A stretch of DNA of 62,621 bases, filler included, from Anaerolineae bacterium (GTDB lineage Bacteria > Chloroflexota > Anaerolineae > Epilineales > Epilineaceae): assembly GCA_029262755.1 (NCBI GenBank). It is 6 parts of 6 records of this genome, joined end to end, with 100 filler letters (N's around TTAATTAATTAA, not from the genome) between each part and the next. Parts side by side here need not be neighbours in the genome. Positions count along the whole stretch, not along the records: positions 10,871 to 27,272 come from JAJCYU010000254.1; positions 27,373 to 43,093 come from JAJCYU010000255.1; 4 more parts are not named here. One strand, 5' to 3'. The notes beneath the pieces were generated by a model. That model saw only the letters and a program-made list of their open reading frames with translations, made no database searches and was not told the origin of the DNA. Shown here piece after piece: positions 22,700 to 32,000 of this stretch. How positions within the stretch are numbered: position 1 is the stretch's first letter; the number at the start of each line of letters is the position of its first letter. The position numbers were made by a program, and so were the translations under genes.

Positions 22700-24060
22700 C
22701 CGTTTTCGTCGATGACGTCTTGTATCACGCCGAGCAGCATCGAGGCCGGGTCGACCTTCTCCGGCGGCGTCGGCGGCGGACCGCTGCGCGTGCGCGTCTT
22801 GGCCGGCGACGCCTGCGCGGCCGAACGGGAGGGGGACGGAGCAACGGGCGCCGCTGGCGTCTGCTCGTCCGGCCAGGTCAGACCCACCGCACCCATGCGC
22901 GCCCGAATCAGGGATACCGCCACGGGCCCCACGCCGGGCAACGCGACCAGCGTGGCCTCGCCGCCCTCGTCGATTCGCGCCTGCAGCGCGCCCCCGGGGT
23001 CGAGCCCCGCTCTCTCGAGAGCCCCGGCCACCCGGCCGCGAAGGCCGCGCGCCGCGCTCGGCGCGTCGGCGGCCGGCGGGCTTGCGACGACCTCGTTCTT
23101 CGCGACGGGTTCCGGTGCGGACGCTTTCGTCTCCGCCACGGACGGCGCGCCGACAGTCGCTGGATCGTCCACGCCGACGATCGGCTCCGCGTGCCGCACG
23201 TCGGGTTGGACGCGGCCGGTTGCTTCGAATGTCCCGTCCATGTCAGCCTGCAATGTGCGTTGCGCGGCGTCGTTGCCGAGCGGAACGTTGGCGCCGGGAG
23301 CCGGTACGGCTTCTTGGCCGCCCGCACCCCGTCGCCACGGTGGTGCGAACAATGGTTCGCCTTCCGTGGGCGCCGATTCCGGCGTGTCAAGTACGGGCGG
23401 CGCGAACGACGGCGGGGCGCCGCCGGCAGCCGCGGCGGCCTCCGTCAACCCGGAACCGGCCGTGGAACCCGCGGCCAAGGTCGCCGGCGGCTGGCCGGGG
23501 ATGGTCATGCCGGCTGCCTCGGGAGGCGCGAACAGCGAACCGTCTACGGGTTCGGGAAGAGGATCGTCGACGCGCATCCCTGGCAAGGGGCTCAGCTCCC
23601 GTGATCCGCCCAGACGGAACAGGTCGCCGATGGCGCGTGCGGTGGGTAGGTTGTCCGTCCGAACGATGATGGCCGTGGCGCCCTCCGAGACCGCGAGCTC
23701 GAGTTCGTCCCTGTGCATGGGAGGTACGCGGTTGGTCTCCGAAATGGCCGCCAACGCGACACCGACCACCATACCCAACAAGGTGCCGCCTGCGGTCGCG
23801 AGCAGCGGGCCGAGGGCTACGAGCGCCGTCGTGCCGGCGAGATAGCCGGCGATCGCCCCGACGAACGCGCCCGCGACGAGGCCGGAGCTCAGACCGCGAC
23901 GCAGCGGGAGACCGGCCTCGGCCGCCAGGTTGTGCTGAATATCAATGTCACTGTTCACGAGCTCGACCAGGTCGAGGTCGAGCGGGGAACGTGATAGCTC
24001 GGCCAACACCTCGCGGGCATGGTCGAGCTGGTCGAAGAGTCCCAAGACGATCGTCTTCAT
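22696..24060 (-). CDS. Hypothetical membrane protein: general-stress-protein-like N-terminus, Pro/Ala linker, C-terminal helix-hairpin-helix motif
   Basis: KTIVLGLFDQLDHA followed by a Gly-rich hydrophobic hairpin (GLVAGAFVGAIAG, LGPLLATAGG); late LVALPGVGP. ATGA overlap with the downstream adenosyltransferase gene. Confidence 0.7.
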   Translation of the reverse strand: MKTIVLGLFDQLDHAREVLAELSRSPLDLDLVELVNSDIDIQHNLAAEAGLPLRRGLSSGLVAGAFVGAIAGYLAGTTALVALGPLLATAGGTLLGMVVGVALAAISETNRVPPMHRDELELAVSEGATAIIVRTDNLPTARAIGDLFRLGGSRELSPLPGMRVDDPLPEPVDGSLFAPPEAAGMTIPGQPPATLAAGSTAGSGLTEAAAAAGGAPPSFAPPVLDTPESAPTEGEPLFAPPWRRGAGGQEAVPAPGANVPLGNDAAQRTLQADMDGTFEATGRVQPDVRHAEPIVGVDDPATVGAPSVAETKASAPEPVAKNEVVASPPAADAPSAARGLRGRVAGALERAGLDPGGALQARIDEGGEATLVALPGVGPVAVSLIRARMGAVGLTWPDEQTPAAPVAPSPSRSAAQASPAKTRTRSGPPPTPPEKVDPASMLLGVIQDVIDENG

Positions 24061-24129
24061 GCGGCCAAGCTCCTTGTCTTTCGCGCGCCGCTCGCAGGGC
24101 GCCGGCGAAAGGGGCGGATCAACAGTGGT

Positions 24130-24861
24130 TCAGATCCCGCGGTGCGTCGCATCGCCGGCCATGTCCGGGCCGCGGTTGGCGCGCCCACCGAGCAGGAACA
24201 CCAGCACGAGGCCGGCCAGGAAGCCACCCACGTGGGCCCAATAGGCGACCCCGCCCTCCCCGGTCTCGTTGCCGCTTGCGAGCAACTCACTGCCCCCGCT
24301 GATCAACTGCATCACGAACCACAGTCCGATCATCCAGACGGCTCGCACGCGTGTGATCGAGACGCGGAAGAAGATCACGAGCAGGTTCACCCAGGCCTTG
24401 GGGAACAAGATCATATACGCGGCGAGCACGCCGGCGATGGCGCCGGACGCGCCCAGATTCCAGATGGTGGACGAGGGCAGAAACGCCACCTGAATCGCCG
24501 AGGCCGCGACACCGCAGGCCAGGTAGAACAACAGGAAACGAAGGTGCCCGAAGGCGTGCTCGACGTTATCGCCGAAGATCCAGAGGTAGAGCATGTTGCT
24601 GCCGAGATGCAACCAGCCGCCGTGCAGGAACATGGCCGACAACAAGCTGATCAGGTTGTCGCCCTCGCTGATCCGCGCCGGCACGACGCTCCAGGCGTCG
24701 TAGAAGTCTTTGATCTCCGGCGGGATCTGGGTGATCGACTGCACCGCTGGAATCGTGGGTTGGAGCAGCACGAAGACCAGGATGTTCGCGGCGAGCAACG
24801 CGAACGTCACGAAGGGGGTGTCCAGCACCTCGTCTTCGACATCGCCGATGGGCAGGAACAT
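24130..24861 (-). CDS. Rhomboid family intramembrane serine protease
   Basis: MFLHGGWLHLGSNMLYLWIFGDNVE, catalytic GASG, and AHVGGF. Confidence 0.95.
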   Translation of the reverse strand: MFLPIGDVEDEVLDTPFVTFALLAANILVFVLLQPTIPAVQSITQIPPEIKDFYDAWSVVPARISEGDNLISLLSAMFLHGGWLHLGSNMLYLWIFGDNVEHAFGHLRFLLFYLACGVAASAIQVAFLPSSTIWNLGASGAIAGVLAAYMILFPKAWVNLLVIFFRVSITRVRAVWMIGLWFVMQLISGGSELLASGNETGEGGVAYWAHVGGFLAGLVLVFLLGGRANRGPDMAGDATHRGI

Positions 24862-24870
24862 GGTGTTCTC

Positions 24871-27270
24871 CTATCCGCCCGGGGCGATGAGGAATGGTAC
24901 GCTAAACGGCGGTTCGAGCACGTTGCCGTCGCGTTGCACCAACACGAGCCGGAGCACGTAGTCGCCGGGAGGTAGGGCGGCGGCATCGAGTCGTTCCAGA
25001 GGCCCGTCCAAGACGGGATCGGCGTGAATATCGCCGATGGTCACCCACTCCCCAGGATAGCGCCCCTGCCCCAGCTCGACTTTGAAGAACTGGATTTCGT
25101 CGCGGTTGAACAACGCCGTGCCCGTGATGGTCACCGCGCTGTTCAGCACGGTGCCCGGCACCATGGCGATGCGGTACTCCGCGTTGTTGGGCACGGGCAG
25201 CCCTTCGGCCGCCAGATACTGGCCCGGTCCCGGCAGGCTGCCTGGCTCCATCGCGGCGCCCGCCATCTCCGGCGTGCACGCTTCCGCGTTGTCGACGGCC
25301 GACCAGCCATGGGCCGCGGCCCACTCGAAGATGAAAGGATGATCATCGGTTACGGCCGGCAGCTCGACTACCGCAACAGGCTGTACGCGATCCGCGCCGA
25401 ATTGGTCGGGCCGGCACAGCCGCGCGGTGGCCCATTGGAGCTCCTCGTCCTTCTCTGCCGCCTGGGCGACGAGTTCCGGAGGAGGCGGCGGCATCGGGAT
25501 GACCACCGCTCCGACCACCGACCAGCCATCGCCCGCGGCACGTGGCGGCAGACCGTCCAGCGCAGGATCACCGGAGCCGACTTGCTCGAGACCATCGGGA
25601 ACGTTGTCGCGGATGAACAGCTCGCTTTGCCATTCGTGACACGCGGACGAAAGCTCACGCAAGGACTCGATCCGGCACACACGTACGTCCACGACGTCGC
25701 TGGGTCGTTCGAAAGCGCGCGGGAAATCCAGATCAAAGTCCGCTCGCACCTTGCGCACGATGTCCAACAGTGTCTCGTCGAAGATCACATTGCGCATGAA
25801 GCCGTTCCAGATCGGGCCGGCCCCAGTCAGGCCGCTCGAGTTGCTCATCGGCGCGTTGTCGCTGTTGCCGGCCCAGACGCCCGTGACCAAGTACGGTGTG
25901 TAGCCGACCGTCCAGTTGTCGCGGAAGTCATTGGTCGTGCCGGTCTTGGCGGCCGCCGGCACGCCCAGATTCAGCGCGCTGCTCGTGCCGAAGGCGGGCG
26001 AGCGCGCGTTGTTGTCGCTCATCATATCGGTGACGATATAGGCTGCCGCCTCGGATACGGCGGGCTCCGGCGTGAGCGCTTCTTCATCCTCAAGCAGGTC
26101 GTAGAGCACCTCGCCGTCCGAGCTGGTGACGCGCAGGATGGGATGGGGCCGGATCATCTCGCCGCCGTTGGCCAGCGTCCCGTATGCGGTCGTCATATCC
26201 ATCAACGTTACCTCGCCGCCGCCCAGCGTCAGCGATAGACCGTAGTCCCAAGGCGGGCGGTTGAGGCCGGTGATGCCCATGCGATGCGCGGTATCAACGG
26301 TGAGCTCGACGCCGTACTTCCAGCCCTCCTCGGTCTCCAGGGGCGGGATGTCGCGTAGCAGCTTGAGCGCTGGAATGTTGTACGAGTTGGCGAGGGCGGC
26401 ACGCAGCCGAACCGGGCCGCGAAACTCCTCGTCGTAGTTGACCGGCTCGTAGAGCTCGCCACCGGCCAGCTCGACCTCCATCGGTACGTCCCACAACACG
26501 GAGGCCGGCGACATGCCCTGTTCGATCGCCGTGACATAGGTCAACGGCTTGATGCTGGAGCCGGGCTGGCGCTCGCGTAGCGCCACGTTGACCTTGCCGT
26601 CGATCTCCGTGTCGAAGTAATCGGCAGAGCCGACGAGCGCGAGGACCTGCCCCGTACGGGGCTCCAACGCAACCAGGGAACCGTTGGTCAGATCGTGTCG
26701 ATCCCGCAGGCGTTCGACCTGCTCACGCACGACCCGCTCGCCCACTTGCTGCAATTGCAGGTCGAGCGAGGTCGTGATCTCCAGGCCGCCGAGCGCCAGC
26801 CGTTCCGCGCCGAGCATCTCCTCGAGTACCTCCTCCACCCATACGACGAAGTGCGGGGCAAGCAGCAGGTCGTCGTCCGGCTCGTTGTAGGTCAGCCGCT
26901 TTCGCGCAGCCCGATCGGCCTCGGCTTCCGTGATCAGCCCGGATTCGACCATGAGATCGAGCACCACACGCTGCCTGCCCCGCGCCGATGCCGTGGTCTC
27001 GGGGTCGGGACTCAGCGGGTCGTAGCAGCGTGGACATTGCGGGAGTCCAGCCAGCAACGCGCTCTCGGCCAAGTCCAGCTCGGAGGCCGGTTTGGCGAAC
27101 ACCGTCTGAGCGGCCGCCTCGATGCCATACGCCAGATTCCCGTAGTAGATCTCGTTGAGGTACCACTCCAGGATCTCACCCTTGTCCTGCTCCCGGGTAA
27201 GGATTACGGCAAGCACGATTTCCTTGGCCTTGCGCCGGTAGCTGCGCGCCATGCGCTCCTCGTGCGAGAA
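24871..27270 (-). CDS. Class A penicillin-binding protein (transglycosylase/transpeptidase), 5' partial
   Basis: ILEWYLNEIYYG, YGIEAAA, SxxK (GSSIK), SxN (SYN), KTGT. The frame is open to the gap. Confidence 0.95.
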   Translation of the reverse strand, partial: FSHEERMARSYRRKAKEIVLAVILTREQDKGEILEWYLNEIYYGNLAYGIEAAAQTVFAKPASELDLAESALLAGLPQCPRCYDPLSPDPETTASARGRQRVVLDLMVESGLITEAEADRAARKRLTYNEPDDDLLLAPHFVVWVEEVLEEMLGAERLALGGLEITTSLDLQLQQVGERVVREQVERLRDRHDLTNGSLVALEPRTGQVLALVGSADYFDTEIDGKVNVALRERQPGSSIKPLTYVTAIEQGMSPASVLWDVPMEVELAGGELYEPVNYDEEFRGPVRLRAALANSYNIPALKLLRDIPPLETEEGWKYGVELTVDTAHRMGITGLNRPPWDYGLSLTLGGGEVTLMDMTTAYGTLANGGEMIRPHPILRVTSSDGEVLYDLLEDEEALTPEPAVSEAAAYIVTDMMSDNNARSPAFGTSSALNLGVPAAAKTGTTNDFRDNWTVGYTPYLVTGVWAGNSDNAPMSNSSGLTGAGPIWNGFMRNVIFDETLLDIVRKVRADFDLDFPRAFERPSDVVDVRVCRIESLRELSSACHEWQSELFIRDNVPDGLEQVGSGDPALDGLPPRAAGDGWSVVGAVVIPMPPPPPELVAQAAEKDEELQWATARLCRPDQFGADRVQPVAVVELPAVTDDHPFIFEWAAAHGWSAVDNAEACTPEMAGAAMEPGSLPGPGQYLAAEGLPVPNNAEYRIAMVPGTVLNSAVTITGTALFNRDEIQFFKVELGQGRYPGEWVTIGDIHADPVLDGPLERLDAAALPPGDYVLRLVLVQRDGNVLEPPFSVPFLIAPGG

Positions 27271-27272
27271 GG

Positions 27273-27372
27273 NNNNNNNNNNNNNNNNNNNNNNNNNNNN
27301 NNNNNNNNNNNNNNNNTTAATTAATTAANNNNNNNNNNNNNNNNNNNNNNNNNNNNNNNNNNNNNNNNNNNN
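27273..27372. other. Artificial contig linker
   Basis: N run with TTAATTAATTAA. Confidence 0.99.
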
Positions 27373-27507
27373 CAACGTCTCCACCGCGTCGCCAGGGCTG
27401 GGATCGCCCACCCCGTGCACGATGACGACGGCTACATTGGCTGAATTCGGGGAGGCCGCGCGTCGGTCGCGACCGGTGCTCGATTCATCGGCGGCAATGT
27501 CGTTCAT
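27373..27507 (-). CDS. N-terminal fragment of a hypothetical protein (VVIVHGVG start), 3' truncated by the gap
   Basis: AAGGGG before ATG 27507. VAVVIVHGVG resembles an alpha/beta-hydrolase-like first strand. Confidence 0.5.
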
Positions 27508-27643
27508 GGCGCGGTTCCCCTTGCGGCGTCGGAGGGAGGACAGCGCCATCATCGCACAATATTCCGCAAGGACCTGTGACGTTTGTCACATAGGAACGCG
27601 CTAGGTGCGAGCCAGGAACGCACGCCGACGCCTACCTCAGCCC

Positions 27644-28813
27644 TTAGCCCAGCCACCCCCGGCGCCGGAACCACACCACCAACGCCGTGAGCACGACGAG
27701 GCAGGCCACCCAGAAGCCCGCGTAGCCGTAGCGCATGCTGAGCTCGGGGATGTGCTCGAAGTTCATGCCGTACACGCCGGCCAGGAAGGTGATCGGGATG
27801 AACATCGTGGCGATGATCGTCAGCACCTTCATGGTCTCGTTCATGCGGTTGGAGAGGGCCGACATGTAGAGATCGGTCAGGCCCGATGCGAGCTCGCGGT
27901 ACGTCTCCACGATGTCGATGATCTGGACCGTGTGCTCGTAGACGTCGCGCAGGAAGGTGCGGGTCGTGTCGGACAGGCGTCCCTGCTCGTCGCGGCGCAG
28001 GTCGTCGATGAGTTGGCGGGTCGGCCACATCACGCGTCGTACTGCCAATAGCTCGCGCTTGACGGCGTGCGCCGCGGCGAGGAGCTCGGGGCTCGGGTCC
28101 TCGAGCAGCGCGACCTCCAACGTCTCGAGGCGATCGCCGAGCGACTCCAGGACCGGGAACGCGTGGTCCACGGCGGCGTCCAGCATCGCGTACAGCAGGA
28201 AGTCCGGGCCATTGCGACGCATACGCGACGCCGGTCGCGCCAGACGCTTACGGATGGGCTTCCATACATCGGGCGGCCACTCCTGGAACGAGACCAGCAT
28301 CGTGGGCAGGAGGAAGAGGCTCACCTGCTCGGTCACCAAGGCGCCATCCTCGAGGGTGAGGACATCCGTGACCGCGAAGATTTGATCGTCGTATAGGTTG
28401 GCCTTGGGCCGCTGCGGCACGTGCAGCACGTCCTCGGCGGCCAGCGTGTGCAGGCCGTAGGCCGCACGCAGCTGCTCGACCATGTAGGGGTGCACGCCCT
28501 CCACGTCGACCCAGCGCACCGTGCAGCCCTCCGGCGGCTGCGAGGCGAGGAAGGCGGCGAGGTCCTCGACCTCGAAGGAGTGCAGGAGCTCCGGCCCGTA
28601 ATCCGTGCACCGCACCCGCACGGCGCCGAGCGGCGGCGGCTCGTGCCGCCCGTCCTGGCTCTCGATGCCCGCGGGGGTGCCGGGCCGGCGCGCCGCGCCG
28701 CGGTGCCGGCTCGCCCGCCGCCGCGGCAGGTGGAACGTTGCGGCCAGGCGCGACGAGAGGGCGGACGCGTCGAATAGGGTGTGCGCGGGCGGATCGTGGG
28801 CTCGTCTCTTCAT
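27644..28813 (-). CDS. corA: Magnesium/cobalt transporter CorA
   Basis: LHTLAAEDVL, QRPK, EQVSL, NETMKVLT and the YGMNF signature. Confidence 0.95.
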   Translation of the reverse strand: MKRRAHDPPAHTLFDASALSSRLAATFHLPRRRASRHRGAARRPGTPAGIESQDGRHEPPPLGAVRVRCTDYGPELLHSFEVEDLAAFLASQPPEGCTVRWVDVEGVHPYMVEQLRAAYGLHTLAAEDVLHVPQRPKANLYDDQIFAVTDVLTLEDGALVTEQVSLFLLPTMLVSFQEWPPDVWKPIRKRLARPASRMRRNGPDFLLYAMLDAAVDHAFPVLESLGDRLETLEVALLEDPSPELLAAAHAVKRELLAVRRVMWPTRQLIDDLRRDEQGRLSDTTRTFLRDVYEHTVQIIDIVETYRELASGLTDLYMSALSNRMNETMKVLTIIATMFIPITFLAGVYGMNFEHIPELSMRYGYAGFWVACLVVLTALVVWFRRRGWLG

Positions 28814-29046
28814 GGTTGGCAATCATGCGGGTCGCGGCGCGGTTTCGCCATAGGTGGCGGTGTTGGTACAGAGTCGGCGCTAGATGCAGCGTGTAGGCGC
28901 ACGGCAGCAAGGCGCCCCCGATTCAAGAGAGTTCCGAGGTTTGTCGCCACTTCGGTTTGACCGTGCCTCGCAAGCACGCACGCCAAGGCCGATGAGAGCG
29001 GCGGCAGAGGGCGGGCCGGAGTCTCCGACCCGCCCCCCTCGCGAGG

Positions 29047-32000
29047 CTACTCGCTCCCGTGGAGCGCGCCGTCCTTGTCGTCCACGGCGACGTTACCCGC
29101 ACCGTCCGCCGCCTGCACGAGGCAGGCCGCGTCCGCCGCCACGGTCCCGCGCCACACACCGGTCTCCGGCTCCTCGACGAGCGGCTCGCTCGTCCAATAG
29201 CCGCGGCCGTCGTCGCAGGTCGCGCTCACGGCTGGGATGCCGGAGACGTCCGCGACACGCGCCTGGAGCTCGCGGCCCGCCGGTCCATCGATCACGGTCA
29301 CCTCTTCGATGGTCGGTGGTCTCCGGTCCTCGTGGTCGGAGTAGAAGACCTGCACCTCGATCTGGTCATAGAGGCGTTGGATCCGTGTGCCGCCGTGGTA
29401 CTGGCCGAGGTAGAGCAGTAGTGTCGGGTCTCCGGCGTCCTGGTGCTCCATCCGACGCAGGCTCAACAGGCGTTCGGGCAACCAGGCCTCCGGCGCCGCG
29501 TGCGGCTCGTTCTGCACCGTGCGGCGGGCCGTGGGATCCAGGATGCCGGCCCGAGCGACCACCGGCGTGTCCAGCGTCTCCGTAGCGTAGGCGGCTGCTT
29601 TCAACATCACGCCGCGGGCCGGCCAATGCTCACGGCCTGCACTCACCCCCAGGTTCTGGCGCAGCATCGGTTGCACGGCCCGGCCGTTCTCGGCCATCGG
29701 CCGCTGGCCGCGGAAGGCGTAGTGGCTCCCCTCCTGCGAGTCATGCCGCTCGAGCAGGGCGCGCAATTGTTCGCTGACCAGTGTTTGGCGCAGCACGTCG
29801 CCCTTCGGAAATTGCAACATCTGGATGTCGGTCGATGCAGGGAGCAGGTACTCTGGACGTGCATTCCGAGCGGCGACGGGATGCTCGACCGCCCGGTGCG
29901 TGGCCGCCTCCGCGCCGATGCTCCTCGGCGCCGCCCCGCCGTCGCGCCCCAGCGGAATCGCGGCCGCGCTCGTGCCGACCCGCGGCACGGAGGCGATCGG
30001 CAGGTACACCGAATGCTCCCCGCGTTCCAGGCGGTAGCTGGCCATCGGCAGGCCGTAGAGGACCGTGCCGACCAGGGTCTTCACGTGGTACGCGTTCATC
30101 TCGTGGGCCGTGAAGTACTCCTGCTTGGTGCGCATCAGAGCGTCGCCGATGGCAGTGCTCTGGCCCTCCACGAGGGCCGCGGTGAAGTCGACCATGAGCG
30201 CCTCCTGGTAGCCTAGGGCGCCTTGCATGCCGTAGGCCCAGCCGGTGCTGCTGATGTAGTGGGCGCCCGCGCTCTGCCATGCCTCCGGCAGATCCACCGG
30301 TTCGCCCTCCGGCCGCATGTCCGTGCCCGGAACGTTGAGGCCGCCGTGGCACGAGAGGCTGTAGGCGATGGCGCCCGCCATGTCCGGCGGGGCGTCGGCC
30401 AGGGTCTGGGCCCGCAGTGCGCCGGAAGGACCCTCGTAGGCGAAGTGGTTGGCGTGCACGCCCAAGAAGGCCAGGTCGATAGGCTGCCCGCCGAGTTCTT
30501 CTCGTAGGTTGTCGGCGGACCAGGCGTCGCCGAGCAGGCGCCGCACACGGCCAAGGTGGCCGGCCTCCTCCAGCAGCCGCGCGCCTTCCGTTGGACCGTC
30601 CTGCATGAAGTCCCAACCGGCGGCGAGGGATTGGCGGATTGGCTTCGGGCCCTCGCTAGCGAGGAAGGTCTCGATGAGCCGCGCGATGTCATCCGGCCGC
30701 TCGACCAGGCGCCCGATTGCGAGCTGAGGAATGAAGATCTCTTGCTCGTTGCCCCAGTGGTCGGCGACCTCCGCGGCGTAGAAATCGTCGCTGAGCGTGA
30801 GGTTGACTGCCAGTGCCTGGTGGAGCGCGGAGTTGGGGCGGATGGCGCCCGCGGTGCCACCCTTCAAGTAATCCGCTTCCTTCGCCCACTCTGTGTCGCC
30901 CGGCGCAGGCACATGCTGACGAAAGTGCGGGATGACCCGATCGTCGCCGACCAAGACAATGTAGTGTAGTTCGGGCAACGCGGCTCGCTGCGCCGCGATC
31001 CAGTTGCGCAACGCGAGGGCCGCGGCGTTGGCGAGCGCAGGATCGCCCGGCCCCTGGACCCACAGCTGGTAGTCGCCGCCGACCGCATCCTGCAGGTCGG
31101 TGACAAGCCGGCCGCGGACGCGCGGGTCCGCCGCCAGGCTCGACAGGGCCGAAGCCAACCGGTCCGGCGGGTCGAGTGGGCCGGCATAGGATTGGAGCTG
31201 GCTCAGGTTGGTCAGGATGAGGCTGCGCACGCTGTTCGCGTCCACGGCGGTGACGTCCAGGTTTAGGCTGTACTGCCGGTCGCCCGCGACGGCCCGTACC
31301 TTCTGGCGCACCTCGATGTAGAAGGTGCCGGTGTCGGATCCTGTATCGTGCTCGATTCGCTGCTCGCTGAATTCGGGGTCCCAGACTCCGGACGCGATCT
31401 TGCGCCCCGAATCGGAGTCGATGGTCGAGCACGAACGGAAGAGCCGTACCTGCAACGCATTCTCGTCGTCGCTCACGCTGACCAAGATGTGGCTATGCGG
31501 CTCGGCCACCTCGAAGCGGTAGTAGTGGACGTCCTCGACGTGGCGTAGATGTGCCGACAGATTGGTTTCGCTTGGTAGGGCGAGCGCGCGATCACAGCGA
31601 CCGTTGAATTCTCGTACCCGCATGTAGGCACCGCCATGGGTGCCCACGAGCACCTGCCCGTCCGTGCCCGTTGCGATTGCCAACACGTTGTCGTCCGGCA
31701 GGCCGTCCTCGCTGCGCAGGTGACTCCACGCGCCGGCGGCGTCAATCTGGTTCAGGCCGCCACGCAGCCATAGCTCCGTGTCGGGGTCCGGGTCCTCGCG
31801 CCCGCTGACGCCGATCCACGTGGTGTCGTCCTCGTCGAAGGCCAGAGCGCTGATCCGGTCGCCCAGCAATGCCCAATCGGTGGAGGCCTGCGTGATCGGA
31901 TCCAGCCACAGACCGGCCGGCGTACGGCGGCTGATGCCGCCGCCGTCGGTGCCGAACCACATCGTGCCGTCCGGCGCTTCGGCGATGCTGAGCACCCGGT

